A DNA stretch of 64,000 bases from NCBI GenBank assembly GCA_937625935.1, contig OW569347.1, positions 620,001 to 684,000 of the forward strand. Reading direction: 5' to 3'. How positions within the stretch are numbered: the first letter of the stretch is position 1; each line of letters begins with the position of its first letter. The notes beneath the pieces are model-generated. The model was not told where the DNA came from. It did no database searches and was given only the letters and a program-made list of their open reading frames with translations. The stretch comes from Tetramitus jugosus (Eukaryota; Protista; Heterolobosea). Positions 21,458-33,192 of this stretch are shown here, piece after piece. Made by a program: the position numbers and the translations under genes.

Positions 21458-23573
21458 ATGATCAAAATCAACAGACAGATTGCGCACAGCACCTTCGCAT
21501 TGCTGTTCATCTTTGTGTTTGTATTTTTATACACAACTACTGTGACTGCTATTGAGTCCACTATTTCGGCCTCAACTCAGGAATCAGTTCACAAAACACT
21601 CCTATCTTCACTCCAAAACAATAAACAACCAAAGGACATACATTACAGCCTTGTTAGCTTGTTGAAGCTACCATTCAAGAAGGAAGAGTCCAAGAAGGCT
21701 ATCGACTCTGCTCAGAGCTCTCTCTGTGCAGCATTGAAGCTTGACAACGAAAAACATATTGCTCAATTGTCTTTGAATGATTTGTACAACACGATCGCTT
21801 CTGTTTCTGCTCTTAAATGCAGCATTGACTCAAAAGCTACTGAATCCTTGGAATCGAGATTGAAGTCATTGTTGACATCTGTTACCAGTGTAGAACAAGT
21901 GTACGATGCTGTGAGAAGCATCTTTTTGTTCAGAAAGCAGTTCAAGACTGTTGCTTCTGATCAGAAGGTTCGTCTTTAGTGCCCTACTACAGTTTTTTTG
22001 ATTGAGTGAACCTGTGAACTAACTATTTCATCATTTTTTCATATTTTTTTCAATCATTTCGATCTGCATTGCCTCTCAGATTTTGAATAGCTTGTTCGAT
22101 AAGATCCACAGCCATTTCAATGAACAAAAGTCTGCTTTCTGCTCTAGCTCTGACAGTGATGACATTTGTATTAGAAACACTGGATTCGCTCTTGAGGCAC
22201 TCACTCTGTTGAACACCTTGTTGAATAACACCAAGTTGTCATCAATTGTGACCTATGTGAGACAAATCTCCGGATTGGTGCAACTAGTGAATGATAAGAC
22301 ATCACTCCGATCTGCTTCTACTTTGGCTCGCGGTTTGAACAAGTTGGGATCTATTGTTCCACTTGAAAAGAAGATTGAGTCCAAGGATTTCGATGCTTTG
22401 GCACAATTCTTTGTCAATTATGCATCATCTCAATTGAAATCCGTGTCGAACATTTATGACTTTGTCGAGGGAGCCACATCTGTTGCCTCTTCTCCAGCTT
22501 ACACTCCAACTTATGTGAATTTGACTAGAAGAGACGATAAGAATTCTGTGTTTGCTGTTGAAGTTAAGAATATTTTTGGAGCAGCTGCCACTGATAAGGC
22601 ATTGAAAGTTGTTTTGACTAGCTTGTACACTGGAAATAACGCAAAGGACTCGAAGTTAATCAAACCAGTCACATTCACAAAGGAGAGCGATACCACTTTT
22701 GTCTGGGATGCTACAAAGACGAAGATTTTTGATACTGTTGGTTCCTATAATTTCGATTTGGATATTCAACCATTGCAAATCAAGGTTACTCAATCATACA
22801 AGTCATTTGCTGGCTCTGTTTCAATTGAAGACTTGACCCTTACAGGTAAGGGTATTCCAACTCAAACTGCCAAGTTTGGTGAAAAATTCGACACTGTGAG
22901 TATTCAAGTCGGTGCCCAGACCAGAGTGATTGTATCATTCAAGTTGGTTGGAAGTGTGAACCCACATCAAGTGTTTATTCGCTTAGTTGACGACAAGGCA
23001 AACGACTACGTTTATGTTGCAAAGGCATCTGGATCCACCTATCGTGCCGACATCAACTTGAACAACTTTGGCGAGGCTGTTGATTTCGTTTCATCTGTGT
23101 ATAATGCTCAAATCCTTGTTGGTGATGCCAGTTTGAAGGAGCCAATCCAATGGACATTTGGTTCTCTGTCATTAACCTTCACGAGCATTCCAGAGTTGAC
23201 CGAGGAACAACAATTGTATGCACCAAGAAAGACCATTACTCACGTGTTTGCTGACCCAGCCAAGAGAGCCCCAGAGACCACGTCAACCCTATTTAGCGCA
23301 ATTGTTGTTGTACCACTCGGATTGTTCTTGATCAGTCTATTGAGAGTTGGATTCAACTTCAACTTGTACCCAGGTGGCATCAGCTCTATTTTGGCTCTTG
23401 TGTTCATTGGACTCCTTGCTGCCATGCTCTATGTCTTGGCCAGATTCTTCATCGATGTGACCTTCTTCCCAACACTATATCAGTTGTGTGCCTTGGGTGT
23501 GGCCACCATTCTTGTTGGAACCAAGGTGTTGTCCTCTGTTGCAGAGAAGAGAACCCTCACGCAATCCCAGTAA
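21458..23573 (+). CDS. RPN2: Oligosaccharyltransferase subunit ribophorin II (Swp1); exons 21458-21967, 22080-23573
   Basis: Signal peptide; PHQVFIRL, ILVGDASL..PIQW, ITHVFADPAKRAP and three C-terminal TM helices. Intron 21968-22079 GTTCGT...CTAAC...CTCAG. Confidence 0.9.
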
Positions 23574-23733
23574 GCTACCCGCGACAACAAAACGAAGGAA
23601 ATTCGAAACTGCGCACACGGACATGAACAAATACAACGATCACAATGTTCACATAAATAAAAACTAACAACATGCTTGATAATCGATGTTTACAGTTCAT
23701 TCATTAGTCCTCTCTATTGGACCGATCGAATTC

Positions 23734-24486
23734 TCATCTTCTTCGTTGTCGACTCATCCTTGCAGCAAACAGCGTCTTTGCTTCATCTTCACTCAGCTTG
23801 TGCGTTATTGTGTCATGGACCTTTGGTGCTGGAGGATTCGCAAACAGCTGTGCCAATTCCAATTTGCCATCATCCGTCTTCTTTCTTGTCGCTTTCGGTG
23901 GTGGAGCTCCAGATGCCGAGTCATTAGCACCCACTGACATGACACTCTCAATGAGCTGCAACAGATTCGAATCTGGAGCTAAACCATCCGATTGCATCAA
24001 CGTCAACGTTTCATCCAACTGCCTCATCCGCTCCTTGTAATCCATCTCTGTCGCCGCTCCTAATTTCTCCAATTTTCCCCGATACCCCGTCATGAGCAAC
24101 ATTCTCTCTTGTTTTCGCTTTTCCATGTCGCGATTCCGTGATGATTGTATATTGTTCTCCATTTGTCTCAATGGATGAACCTCTCCCTCAATCACATTCT
24201 CCGGGTTCAAAAATCGTTCCCAATTATTGTCCAAAGCTAAACCATCTGTGTGATTAGGTACCGGAGGTAGGAATCGCGTTCCGTCCGGATCTTCAATATC
24301 ATTGATTCGCTTTTCTTCTTCTGTTTCATCTTCGGGTCGTTTCACTTTGTGATGATGACCATGATGTCTCACAGTGGTGGTACTTATTGGCAGGAAGTGG
24401 GCGTGTTGTTGTTGTACAAGAAAAAGTTTGTGCGCAATTGTGCGTTTGTTGCTCTGTGTGAGTGCGATTCGGCGACAGAGTTGCAT
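23734..24486 (-). CDS. Hypothetical mitochondrial protein with one PPR-like motif
   Basis: R/H/T-rich, acid-free N-terminus resembles a presequence. LMQSDGLAPDSNLLQLI resembles the PPR consensus MxxxGxxPD. Confidence 0.6.
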   Translation of the reverse strand: MQLCRRIALTQSNKRTIAHKLFLVQQQHAHFLPISTTTVRHHGHHHKVKRPEDETEEEKRINDIEDPDGTRFLPPVPNHTDGLALDNNWERFLNPENVIEGEVHPLRQMENNIQSSRNRDMEKRKQERMLLMTGYRGKLEKLGAATEMDYKERMRQLDETLTLMQSDGLAPDSNLLQLIESVMSVGANDSASGAPPPKATRKKTDDGKLELAQLFANPPAPKVHDTITHKLSEDEAKTLFAARMSRQRRR

Positions 24487-24711
24487 TTTGGTTTTTGTTG
24501 TTTGATTTTGGCTTGTGTGTGGGAAGGAAAATTTTTTTGTTGTTGGTTGGGTTGTTTGAACTGGTTTGATTGATATCTTTATTTACTGTTTGTTGAGTGC
24601 ACGGTTGGTGCATTTCCCTTCTTGTGTGTTCAATATTTGTAAAGTACATATGGTTGATAGTATACAGTGTACAGGTATGAGGAGACTATGTGGTTCCCAA
24701 TGTCCATTGTA

Positions 24712-25983
24712 TTACAATGGTTTAGCAGAGTAGATTGAACCTTCAATGCTGCAATCGTTGGAGCCTCTCTTGATCCAGAAGTATCCGTTCATTCCCCAGC
24801 TTGCTCCCCAACTGTTAGCAACAATCCAGTATGGCAATCCAGAGGCACTGTCTGTTCCCCAGCCGACAATTTTGATGGCGTGACCTGCTTGAAGAGAACC
24901 ATAAGTGTGAGTGTAGACACCAGACTTGTAGTAATAGAAATCAGAGTAGACATAGAATGAAGCATGAACTGGACCATTTGTGCTGATATCGGTCATCACA
25001 CTTGATAGATCAGTACTGGCGTACTTCTTGATGGTGCTAGAGTTTGCTCTGTATCTGACAAATGAACCAGATCCAGTGCAGGAGGTTGAGCAAGCTTTGT
25101 TGCTAGTGTCAGTTGAGCTGACATAAGGTGTGCATGTTTCAGTGGTAGTTCCAGTCTCGGCCAAGAAAGTCCATGTCTTGGACATGTAGCCACCCTTGCA
25201 AGCCAAGTTATAGCTGTTACAGTTGAGTTGGTATTGTGAAGACAGAACAACCTTGGTAGCACCGTTAGTAGCAATACAGATTCTATCAGCTAACACTTCG
25301 CCAGCACTGAAAGCCCAACATCCACCACAACTTCCTTGAGATTTGATAGCACCCATGCAGCTTGGCCATTTGGTACGAGCATCAAAAGAGGTAGCTGTTG
25401 CTTCTGTTGATGACTCGGAACTTGATGGAGTAGGTGCTGGGGATGGAGATGGAGATGGAGATGGAGTAGGTGATGGGGAAGGAGATGGGGAAGGAGATGG
25501 AGTTGATGATTCAGCTCCCAAAACCAAGTTTCCATTCACGCAGTGATACTGTGTTGGATTGTAGCAAGCTCTTCCACAAGCACTCATACCATAAGGACAC
25601 AATTGATCGTTTGAACAAGTGTACTGAGCAGCGTTGTAGCAAGCACCGTTACAACAAGAAAGAGTACCACAGTTGACACCGCCGCAGGTCTCTTGAATCT
25701 TTCTACTCTCAGGAGCAGTGGCATTGCTAAACATTTCTTCATCATCTTCAAGTTCAACGCCCAATAGATATTTGAGGTCTCTAACACGTTTACCTTCGAA
25801 TTCCCTATTGACACCAGCAGTCCATGAAGGATTGTTCAAGTTGATACGTTCAATTACAGCCTCATCGTCCAAGTCTTCAAAATCGTGATTCACACCTGCA
25901 ATGGATCTTGGAAAGGTACTTAATACAAATGAGCAATAGGAAAGCGCCAGGAGCAGAACAGCCAGTAAAATGAATGGTTTCAT
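24712..25983 (-). CDS. Cathepsin B-like papain-family cysteine protease with an inserted CBM52-like module and P/S linker
   Basis: Signal peptide; cathepsin-B propeptide (IERINLNNPSWTAGVNREF); catalytic QGSCGGCWAF, GHAIKIVGWG and YWIVANSWG. Cys-rich insert at ~25686-25518. Confidence 0.92.
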   Translation of the reverse strand: MKPFILLAVLLLALSYCSFVLSTFPRSIAGVNHDFEDLDDEAVIERINLNNPSWTAGVNREFEGKRVRDLKYLLGVELEDDEEMFSNATAPESRKIQETCGGVNCGTLSCCNGACYNAAQYTCSNDQLCPYGMSACGRACYNPTQYHCVNGNLVLGAESSTPSPSPSPSPSPTPSPSPSPSPAPTPSSSESSTEATATSFDARTKWPSCMGAIKSQGSCGGCWAFSAGEVLADRICIATNGATKVVLSSQYQLNCNSYNLACKGGYMSKTWTFLAETGTTTETCTPYVSSTDTSNKACSTSCTGSGSFVRYRANSSTIKKYASTDLSSVMTDISTNGPVHASFYVYSDFYYYKSGVYTHTYGSLQAGHAIKIVGWGTDSASGLPYWIVANSWGASWGMNGYFWIKRGSNDCSIEGSIYSAKPL

Positions 25984-26330
25984 CTTGGAGAAGTTGTATC
26001 GATATAGTGAGCTCAGTAAATTGTTTTGTTGTTTGGTGTTATCATCAGATGGTGTTAGCTAATTCCTTTTATACCAGTGTCATCCATTGTAAGCTCTGGC
26101 GAATCAAGGAATTCACAACTCATTCAAGCATGTTGGGTATTAGTCAACTGCGAGACTGTTGACGTTATCGGAGGAGTCAACCCAAAAACCCACGCGAAAA
26201 ACAACCGACCCCGATAGCTCCAATTCCTTTCGGAGAGAATCCTGGTTTGTCAGATTCGAAAAGTGAAACAATGAATCGTGGATCCACAAGTGAGAGTGAT
26301 TAGAGTATGTAACATGTGTTTATATGGTTC

Positions 26331-28616
26331 TCATTGATTCTCATTGGGAATTGGAACAACGGGAAGGACATGATCGTACTGAGGTACGTTAGCTAACGTT
26401 TCACCGGCATCAATTACAGCAATTTCATGCGTATCTTGAAGCACTATCTCTTCTTGTTCCGCCTCTTTCTTCTTATCATTATTTGCAAGTTCATTTTTGG
26501 TCTCGGGCATCAGGATAACAAGAAGGATGGTACAAACGACGCCTACTCCTCCAAAGAACCAAAATGCTGGAGCTTGACCGATAGCAGACACAACAGGCAA
26601 GAATATCAATCCCAGAACCAAGTTCAGTGTCCACTGCAAGAACAGCAATGAGCTGACTGCAATCACAGAAACATCAGGTGTGAACAATTCATTCAAATAG
26701 GGGACATAATTACCTCCGAACAAGCCATTGAAACCAATGTAGTATATAGCAATCATTGCAATAGCACTATATCCTTTAGCTACTTGATTCTTAACAAAGT
26801 AAAGCAAGAAGCCCATAGCAATGGTTGCCACTGTCATAAAAACTGTTCCTGAGATGAGGACCGGTCTTCTTCCAAGTACATCACCAAGAGGAGCCAATAC
26901 TGTGGTCAGAACAATCCATCCACCAAGTGCCACAGATGCAATGATAGGTCCCTTTCTCTGTGTGAAACCAGCCGCCTTGAAAATGTCTGTCGAATAGAAC
27001 AGAATAGCATTGATACCGAGCCAGGTCATCACAACAACGGTAACAAACCCAACAAAATAACGCATAACATTCTTTCGATTACAAAACAGTGATCCCATCA
27101 CTTCGATGAAACGACTCTTTCTACTCTTGTTCTCTTCAATGTGTTGCAGGACATCGATGCTTCTCTCTGACTGTGGAACGTCGAAAGAAGGCAGTCTTAC
27201 TCCTTCCTCATCGATACTAGATGATCTACCAAGTGGTAATGGCGCACTACTAGAGTTGCCTCCAATCATAGGCCCTTCATGATGTATGTGGTGTCTGTGT
27301 TCAATCGAAGTATCAATAGTAGTGCAATGGATATTCTCCATTTCATAACTATCGGCACTGTGTCGACTACCCACTTGATTCTCACTTGAGAGGTGGTCTT
27401 GATGTTCAGCCATTGCTTTTCCATTGGTCTTTGTATTCTTGGTTGGAGTGTTAGCCGTAGAAATTCCGAGCTTGGTTTCGAGCCATACTGGACTTTCTGG
27501 TACCAGCAGTGTCATAAACATGAATGGAATACAGCAAATGTTGGTCATGGCAAACATGAACCTATAGTTATAGATGACGTCCATGAATGCCAAGCACATG
27601 ACATAACCCAACAAAATTCCCACAGCAATTCCCAGCTGTAAAGAATTTCCCATCATGCCCGCTCTTTTCGGAAAAAATCGAAAAGCCATCTCCGCCACCA
27701 TCATTGGCGCCGACACGATTGACATTGAATTACCCATGCCCACGACAACTCGAGTCAAATTCAAAAACCAGAACGTGGGACTGACAGCGCTCAGAATACT
27801 TCCAAGCAAAGTAAGAGCACCAGCAATGAAACTCGTAGTCTTCCTACCCAACCAATTCGACAGTACACCACCCAGAAGACAACCAATCATTCCACCAGCC
27901 ACATAGCAACTACTCACCAGACCCAACAGAAAACCAGTGGCGATCGATGTTCGTTTGCTATGAAACACTTTTGGATAATCACTTTGAATGGGTGATAAAA
28001 CTCCGGCCACGACAGACAAATTGTAACCATAGGTTGCGCCGCCCCAAAAGTTGAAGATGACCAGGAGAAGCATGAGCCATTTTCTCCTCACTTCCAAAAA
28101 GGAACGAAAATATCTTAGCTCATTGTGTCTCTTCATGAGGTGTGGCATAGAGAAACAACCTCGTTTACGATTATTTGAAGAGTGTGATGATGATTGTTGA
28201 TGCTGTTCATGTAATGCATGTTCATTGTGTTGATGTTGTTGATGTTGTTGAGAGGGAAGCATTGCCGCAACAGTGTTGTAATAAGGGTTATTACTCGTTG
28301 TGCTAGAAATGCTGTCCATGCTGGGTGAATGCGTCGTGTGAAAAAATTGTTGATCATCATCCAAAGCGGAAGAAGAATCAACCACGGCAGACGTAACGGA
28401 TGGAATGTTGTTGCTACTGCTGTTGTTGTTGATGTTGTTCAAGCTCTTCATGGGATAACAGTAGTCTTCACTTTGTTCAGTGATCATGACACTGTTGCTA
28501 TCATTGTTGTTGTTATTATTGCTGTTATTGCTGTTATTGCTATTGTGAGTGTTATTGTGATCACTGGCATCACCATTAGCTAATGTTGTGAGATGACTAT
28601 TGCTATCGCTCTGCAT
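26331..28616 (-). CDS. MFS sugar porter family transporter
   Basis: YGYNLSVVAG, GGVLSNWLGRK, MVAEMA, PESPVWL, GINAILFYSTDIF, DVLGRRP, MPETK; 12 TM segments with a long low-complexity N-terminus. Confidence 0.92.
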   Translation of the reverse strand: MQSDSNSHLTTLANGDASDHNNTHNSNNSNNSNNNNNNDSNSVMITEQSEDYCYPMKSLNNINNNSSSNNIPSVTSAVVDSSSALDDDQQFFHTTHSPSMDSISSTTSNNPYYNTVAAMLPSQQHQQHQHNEHALHEQHQQSSSHSSNNRKRGCFSMPHLMKRHNELRYFRSFLEVRRKWLMLLLVIFNFWGGATYGYNLSVVAGVLSPIQSDYPKVFHSKRTSIATGFLLGLVSSCYVAGGMIGCLLGGVLSNWLGRKTTSFIAGALTLLGSILSAVSPTFWFLNLTRVVVGMGNSMSIVSAPMMVAEMAFRFFPKRAGMMGNSLQLGIAVGILLGYVMCLAFMDVIYNYRFMFAMTNICCIPFMFMTLLVPESPVWLETKLGISTANTPTKNTKTNGKAMAEHQDHLSSENQVGSRHSADSYEMENIHCTTIDTSIEHRHHIHHEGPMIGGNSSSAPLPLGRSSSIDEEGVRLPSFDVPQSERSIDVLQHIEENKSRKSRFIEVMGSLFCNRKNVMRYFVGFVTVVVMTWLGINAILFYSTDIFKAAGFTQRKGPIIASVALGGWIVLTTVLAPLGDVLGRRPVLISGTVFMTVATIAMGFLLYFVKNQVAKGYSAIAMIAIYYIGFNGLFGGNYVPYLNELFTPDVSVIAVSSLLFLQWTLNLVLGLIFLPVVSAIGQAPAFWFFGGVGVVCTILLVILMPETKNELANNDKKKEAEQEEIVLQDTHEIAVIDAGETLANVPQYDHVLPVVPIPNENQ

Positions 28617-30021
28617 GTACGTGTGTGTGTTTGCTATGATTTGTTGTTGAAAGCGATATATATCTATTGGTGTGTGTATTCACGGGAATTTCCTGCGTTG
28701 TGTCGCTTCGGTGGACAAAATTGTTTGGTTGCGCACGTGTAAACTCTCTGTGGGCGAAGCGAATCGATACTGCTTGGTGGTTGTTTTGGTGGTTGTTACT
28801 GTCTGGTTAAGTTTTGGAGCGAGACAAGCAGAGGGAGGCTTTAAAAGGATGAGAAGATTGGCGAGAGCTAGCGATATTGCTTTCGAGTTTATTTTTATTT
28901 TAGCTTCAAGCATTCTGCTAGCATGCGGCTTGTTGTGGAGCTTATCATGTGCAAAAAAATACATGTTTAGCCAGGAGAATTGCGGAAGAGCTTCAAATTG
29001 TTGACTGGTATTTTCTCCGACTTACTGCTTGAATCCTTGGGCATTGCAGACTCGAGCAACTGAATGATCCCCAGGCAACAATGTCTGAAGTTCAGGTTTC
29101 TAGGTCCACTTTGAATTAAAAGCAAAATTACATATCTCTTGAACCACCAACCCTATTCGCCTTTTTTTCGTTGGGTGCTTCTGCTTCTCGTGATTCCAAC
29201 GATTATTTTCTAGCTCAAAAGAGGCCCAGTCATTCCACCAAGAAATCAATTTCCAATCGCGATCATGTCAGACATGTAAGGTTGCTCAACCTGATAGCAT
29301 TGGTAGCATGTTGTTATGTTTCATTTTTCTAAGCGGGTGGTGTCACAAAACTTGGACGAAGGCATTTCTATCCTTGGCTCTCTCGCAACAAAAAGGTCAA
29401 ACCAAACATCCCGACAAGTCGGAGTAACATATCACCGATTTTTGTAAACTTACATGGACATTTGACATGTTCGTTGGGTCCAAAAGACCAGAGACAAACG
29501 AACAGCACCAAACTTTGACAGTCTCAAACAATATTTTTTCTCCACCAACAGTTGAAACCAAGTAACGTTTTATTGCGTACGCACAAACAAAAACAACGAA
29601 GAAACAACAAATCTCCATTTGCAATGTACGTTTTTCTCACCTTGTCACGAGGGCCTACCATTCTATCACTCTCTTCCATTCATTCATTCGCTAACATCAT
29701 TTTTTCGTCCATTATCGTTTTTTTCCCATACGGTGTTGACCGAATCTTTTTTTTGGACCACTTATTCGCTCACCAACACCAAATCCAAAAATCAACAATT
29801 ATGCAACATGTCGTCGTGCTGTCAAACACAAACCCAAACAAACAACAACCAAAAACAACAAATAATAACCAACAACGAATAATAATTTTAACAACCAACA
29901 AACAACCAACGACATCCTAATCACAACTCTTGTTGAAACAAATAGTCGCTTTTTAAAAAACAACAACCAAACAACCAACACAACAGTTACCCCTATTTAT
30001 TATTATTATTAACGAGAAAAA

Positions 30022-31320
30022 ATGGGTTCATGCTTCTCATCGAACACTAAACCAATCAACAAGGACGTTGAAGACGAATTGCGTCGATCGGCACTGGCCC
30101 AGCGCAATGAAATCAAGCTTCTCTTGTTGGGTGCCGGAGAATCAGGCAAATCGACTCTGTTTAAGCAAATGAAAATCATTCATCACAATGGTTTTACACA
30201 GGACGAGTGTATGGGTTACAGAGATATTATACGATCCAACGTTCTTCAATCCATGAAGTCACTCATTCAAGCGACACACAAACTTGGAATCCCGATTGAA
30301 ACGGCGGAGAATCGTCAAAGAGCGGCAAAAATTAATGATTTTGATCAGGAAACGTTGTTGAACATTAACAGAATTTATTCGGAAGAGTTGGGAAGAGATT
30401 TGGAGGCTCTGTGGGCAGATGAGGGTATCTCTAGGACATACACACAGAGAAATCAATTCCAATTGTTGGATTCTACCGAGTAGTATGTGTTTGCTTGTTT
30501 TTTTGTATTTTTTTCATGATGACAGCTCCAGTCAACCATCATCAGCGTGTTGGCTGTCAAAAGCTAAAAAAAACAAAAATGGCTAACAACGGCGCGGAAT
30601 AATCATTTTTTGGCTCGTTTACTGTAGTTTCTTCAAGAACATTGATCGAATCAGCAATCCAGACTTTGTACCAACACAACAAGACGTTTTGAGATGCAGA
30701 GTAAAGACTACTGGTATCGTCGAATCAGAATTTGACCTCAATGGCATCAAATTCAGACTGTTTGATGTGGGAGGTCAGCGTAACGAACGAAAGAAGTGGA
30801 TTCATTGCTTTGATCAGGTCACTGCAGTTATTTTTGTGTCCAGTTTGTCAGAGTATGACCAAAAGTGCTACGAAGATGATCAGGTACGTGTTTTTTGTCT
30901 CTCTTGAGCTTTAGTTTTTTTTTCTTCATTGCCGCCAAAATCAAAAGCTAACAACAATAACAATGACAAAAACAATAGACATTGAGAATGAAGGAAAGCT
31001 TGGTCCTGTTCGATGAAATTACCAACTCTCAATTCTTTAGTGACACACCTACCATTCTCTTCTTGAACAAGGTTGACTTGTTCAGAGAAAAGATAAAACA
31101 TACGGATATCAAGATGTGTTTTGAAGATTTCCCTGGTCCTTCCAAAGACTATGAATCAGCAGCCAATTTCATCCGAGACAAATTCTTGTCGTTGAACAGG
31201 GAGGATCACAAGGAGATTTACACACACATTACATGTGCCACCGATACTCAAAACATTCAAAACGTGTTTGACAATGTCAAGGACATTATTTTGAAGCAAA
31301 ATTTGCCAACTGCATTGTGA
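30022..31320 (+). CDS. Heterotrimeric G-protein alpha subunit; exons 30022-30482, 30628-30883, 30979-31320 (352 aa)
   Basis: MGSC lipidation site, [40 protein letters not shown]. Two GT-AG introns with CTAAC branch points restore the frame. Confidence 0.96.
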
Positions 31321-31778
31321 GTCGGTCATGTGTGTGTCGTGTGAACATGCATGTGCGTGAAAGCAATTTCTCTCACACAAGGATTTCTTCATGTATTGAA
31401 GTCTTTTTATTCAACAAACAACAACAAGAATAGTAACGAGTGAATGATATGCCAATATATGTGACTGCTGCACGTGAAGGACATTTGGAAACAAGTTGTT
31501 CCTTCCACTCTCTCGCGTCTCACACAATTTATTGAAATGGCAAAGAAGGCTTTTGGCAATATCAGTGAGCACAGTACAGTCAGTCAACACCTCCCCCACA
31601 ACATATCTCACTTCGTGAACAAGCCACACCAACTTTTTCCTCCCAATTTGAAATCTCATCCCAGTTAAACTCATCCTTGTTAAAACAACATGGAAGTAAA
31701 ATCATAAAGCTAACATTTAAGAATGAATTTTTGTTCCATCTTTTGAACGTTTATCAGTGAAGAAGATTTTAATTCTCT

Positions 31779-33002
31779 TCAGCTCCTTGATACCATGCTC
31801 TCATCACAAATCGCTTTGAATGGACATATTCTACACTTTGAAGCAGAGGGTGTTGCATCAAACTTCTGGAGTCTAATGTTCTCAGAGACACTGAATAATA
31901 GTTCTTCTGCTTTTGAAATGTAGTCCATTAACTCATGCAACTCCCATGTCACAGTCTGCCCCGTCGTTATCGAACACAGAATAGCTCTCTCAGGCAACTT
32001 TTCAAATATTTTGAGATGTGCATACATGTACAGAACAATTTGTAGCAAGTGCTGCTCTGAAGCACCAGAGTATAGCCGTGTTTTAAACTCGACAATCACA
32101 TCGTTCTCCTCTCCATTTGATCCATCTTCGTTGATGGTGATCATCTTGTCTACACGATCCCAAATTCCTTTAAATATAATTGCTTCTCCTTCACTATTCA
32201 CCAAGTCCGTTTCAAATTGAAATGAAGATTCTGATAGAACTGGATACCGAACAATTTCAGATCTCGTAGAGAACGGTGAATCAGGATCATCCACTGTGGA
32301 ATTGGTCACGTTGTTCATGTCCTTGTTTTGGTTCAATAGATAGAATAAAGCACCTTGATCAAGCTCTCTTTGTATAAATTGAGTCAGAATGTTCATTCCT
32401 TCTTGATGCTTTTGATCCACTTGAAATTTCTTTAAGCTGTTCCAGACAGCCCCAAGATCGCTCTTATTCTTGTTCGTGCTCAAAAATTTTAAGATTTTTG
32501 CACGGCCATCGTTCAATTCTTCTCTCATGACTTCAGACATTTCATTCAGCAAATTGGACTTTAACTCTTCCACGTCTAATGACTCTAAAAAGGAATAAAG
32601 AGAGGAATCTTGATCACTCTGTGCTCCGTCATCAACACCATTGTCATCAAGACTAGCTTTCATTCCTAGATCAATGATACGATTGGCAAATCGATCAATA
32701 GAGTTGTGGAGTACGTTGCCCATGATGGCAGAAACATTGGGCTCTTGAGGTACATTGTCCACATAGTTTAGCTTAAAGGACTTTGGACACTGGAGATATC
32801 GTGACACCCTAGAAAAGCTCAGTTGCTTGTGTAAGTCAGTTGCTTCAACCTTCTCCCATGGCAAATTGGCTGCGATGGTGGATTTTGTTCGTAGTTGATC
32901 GTGGCGCCAAAACGAAGAAGCCGTTTCTGAAAGAAAAATGGGCGCCAATTTCTTTGTCCGATAGCGGAGTTGTTGCTTCGACGAGTTCAATAATAACATC
33001 AT
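31779..33002 (-). CDS. PD-(D/E)XK RecB/AddB/Cas4-like exonuclease with 4-Cys Fe-S staple and a putative mitochondrial presequence
   Basis: LSFSRVSRYLQCP, GNVLH, FKGIWDRVD, IVEFKT, QIVLY and C-terminal CRICPFKAIC. Confidence 0.85.
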   Translation of the reverse strand: MMLLLNSSKQQLRYRTKKLAPIFLSETASSFWRHDQLRTKSTIAANLPWEKVEATDLHKQLSFSRVSRYLQCPKSFKLNYVDNVPQEPNVSAIMGNVLHNSIDRFANRIIDLGMKASLDDNGVDDGAQSDQDSSLYSFLESLDVEELKSNLLNEMSEVMREELNDGRAKILKFLSTNKNKSDLGAVWNSLKKFQVDQKHQEGMNILTQFIQRELDQGALFYLLNQNKDMNNVTNSTVDDPDSPFSTRSEIVRYPVLSESSFQFETDLVNSEGEAIIFKGIWDRVDKMITINEDGSNGEENDVIVEFKTRLYSGASEQHLLQIVLYMYAHLKIFEKLPERAILCSITTGQTVTWELHELMDYISKAEELLFSVSENIRLQKFDATPSASKCRICPFKAICDESMVSRS

Positions 33003-33192
33003 TTGAATATTGAGTGGTAATGTCTGTTGTTTTGTTTGTCAGTGCACGCTGAAATACTATGACTTGTTCACACCAGAATTTGTTTGATTTTGCATGATTG
33101 TTTTTTGAGCACGGAAAAATTTGATTATGTTGAAGTGAAGAACCTGGTATGTAATGCTTGATAAAAAGAAAAAGATTTTATTCTCATTCAGC

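Noticed and set aside
28617-30021. ncRNA or small genes in the long divergent spacer before G-alpha
   Set aside because: Only low-complexity A/C-rich leader sequence and weak box C/D-like words; no supportable tRNA, snoRNA or CDS.
31550-31640. Retroelement RNase H resemblance (LVWLVHEVRYVVGEVLTD) on the minus strand
   Set aside because: Too short and weak; no RT or integrase context.
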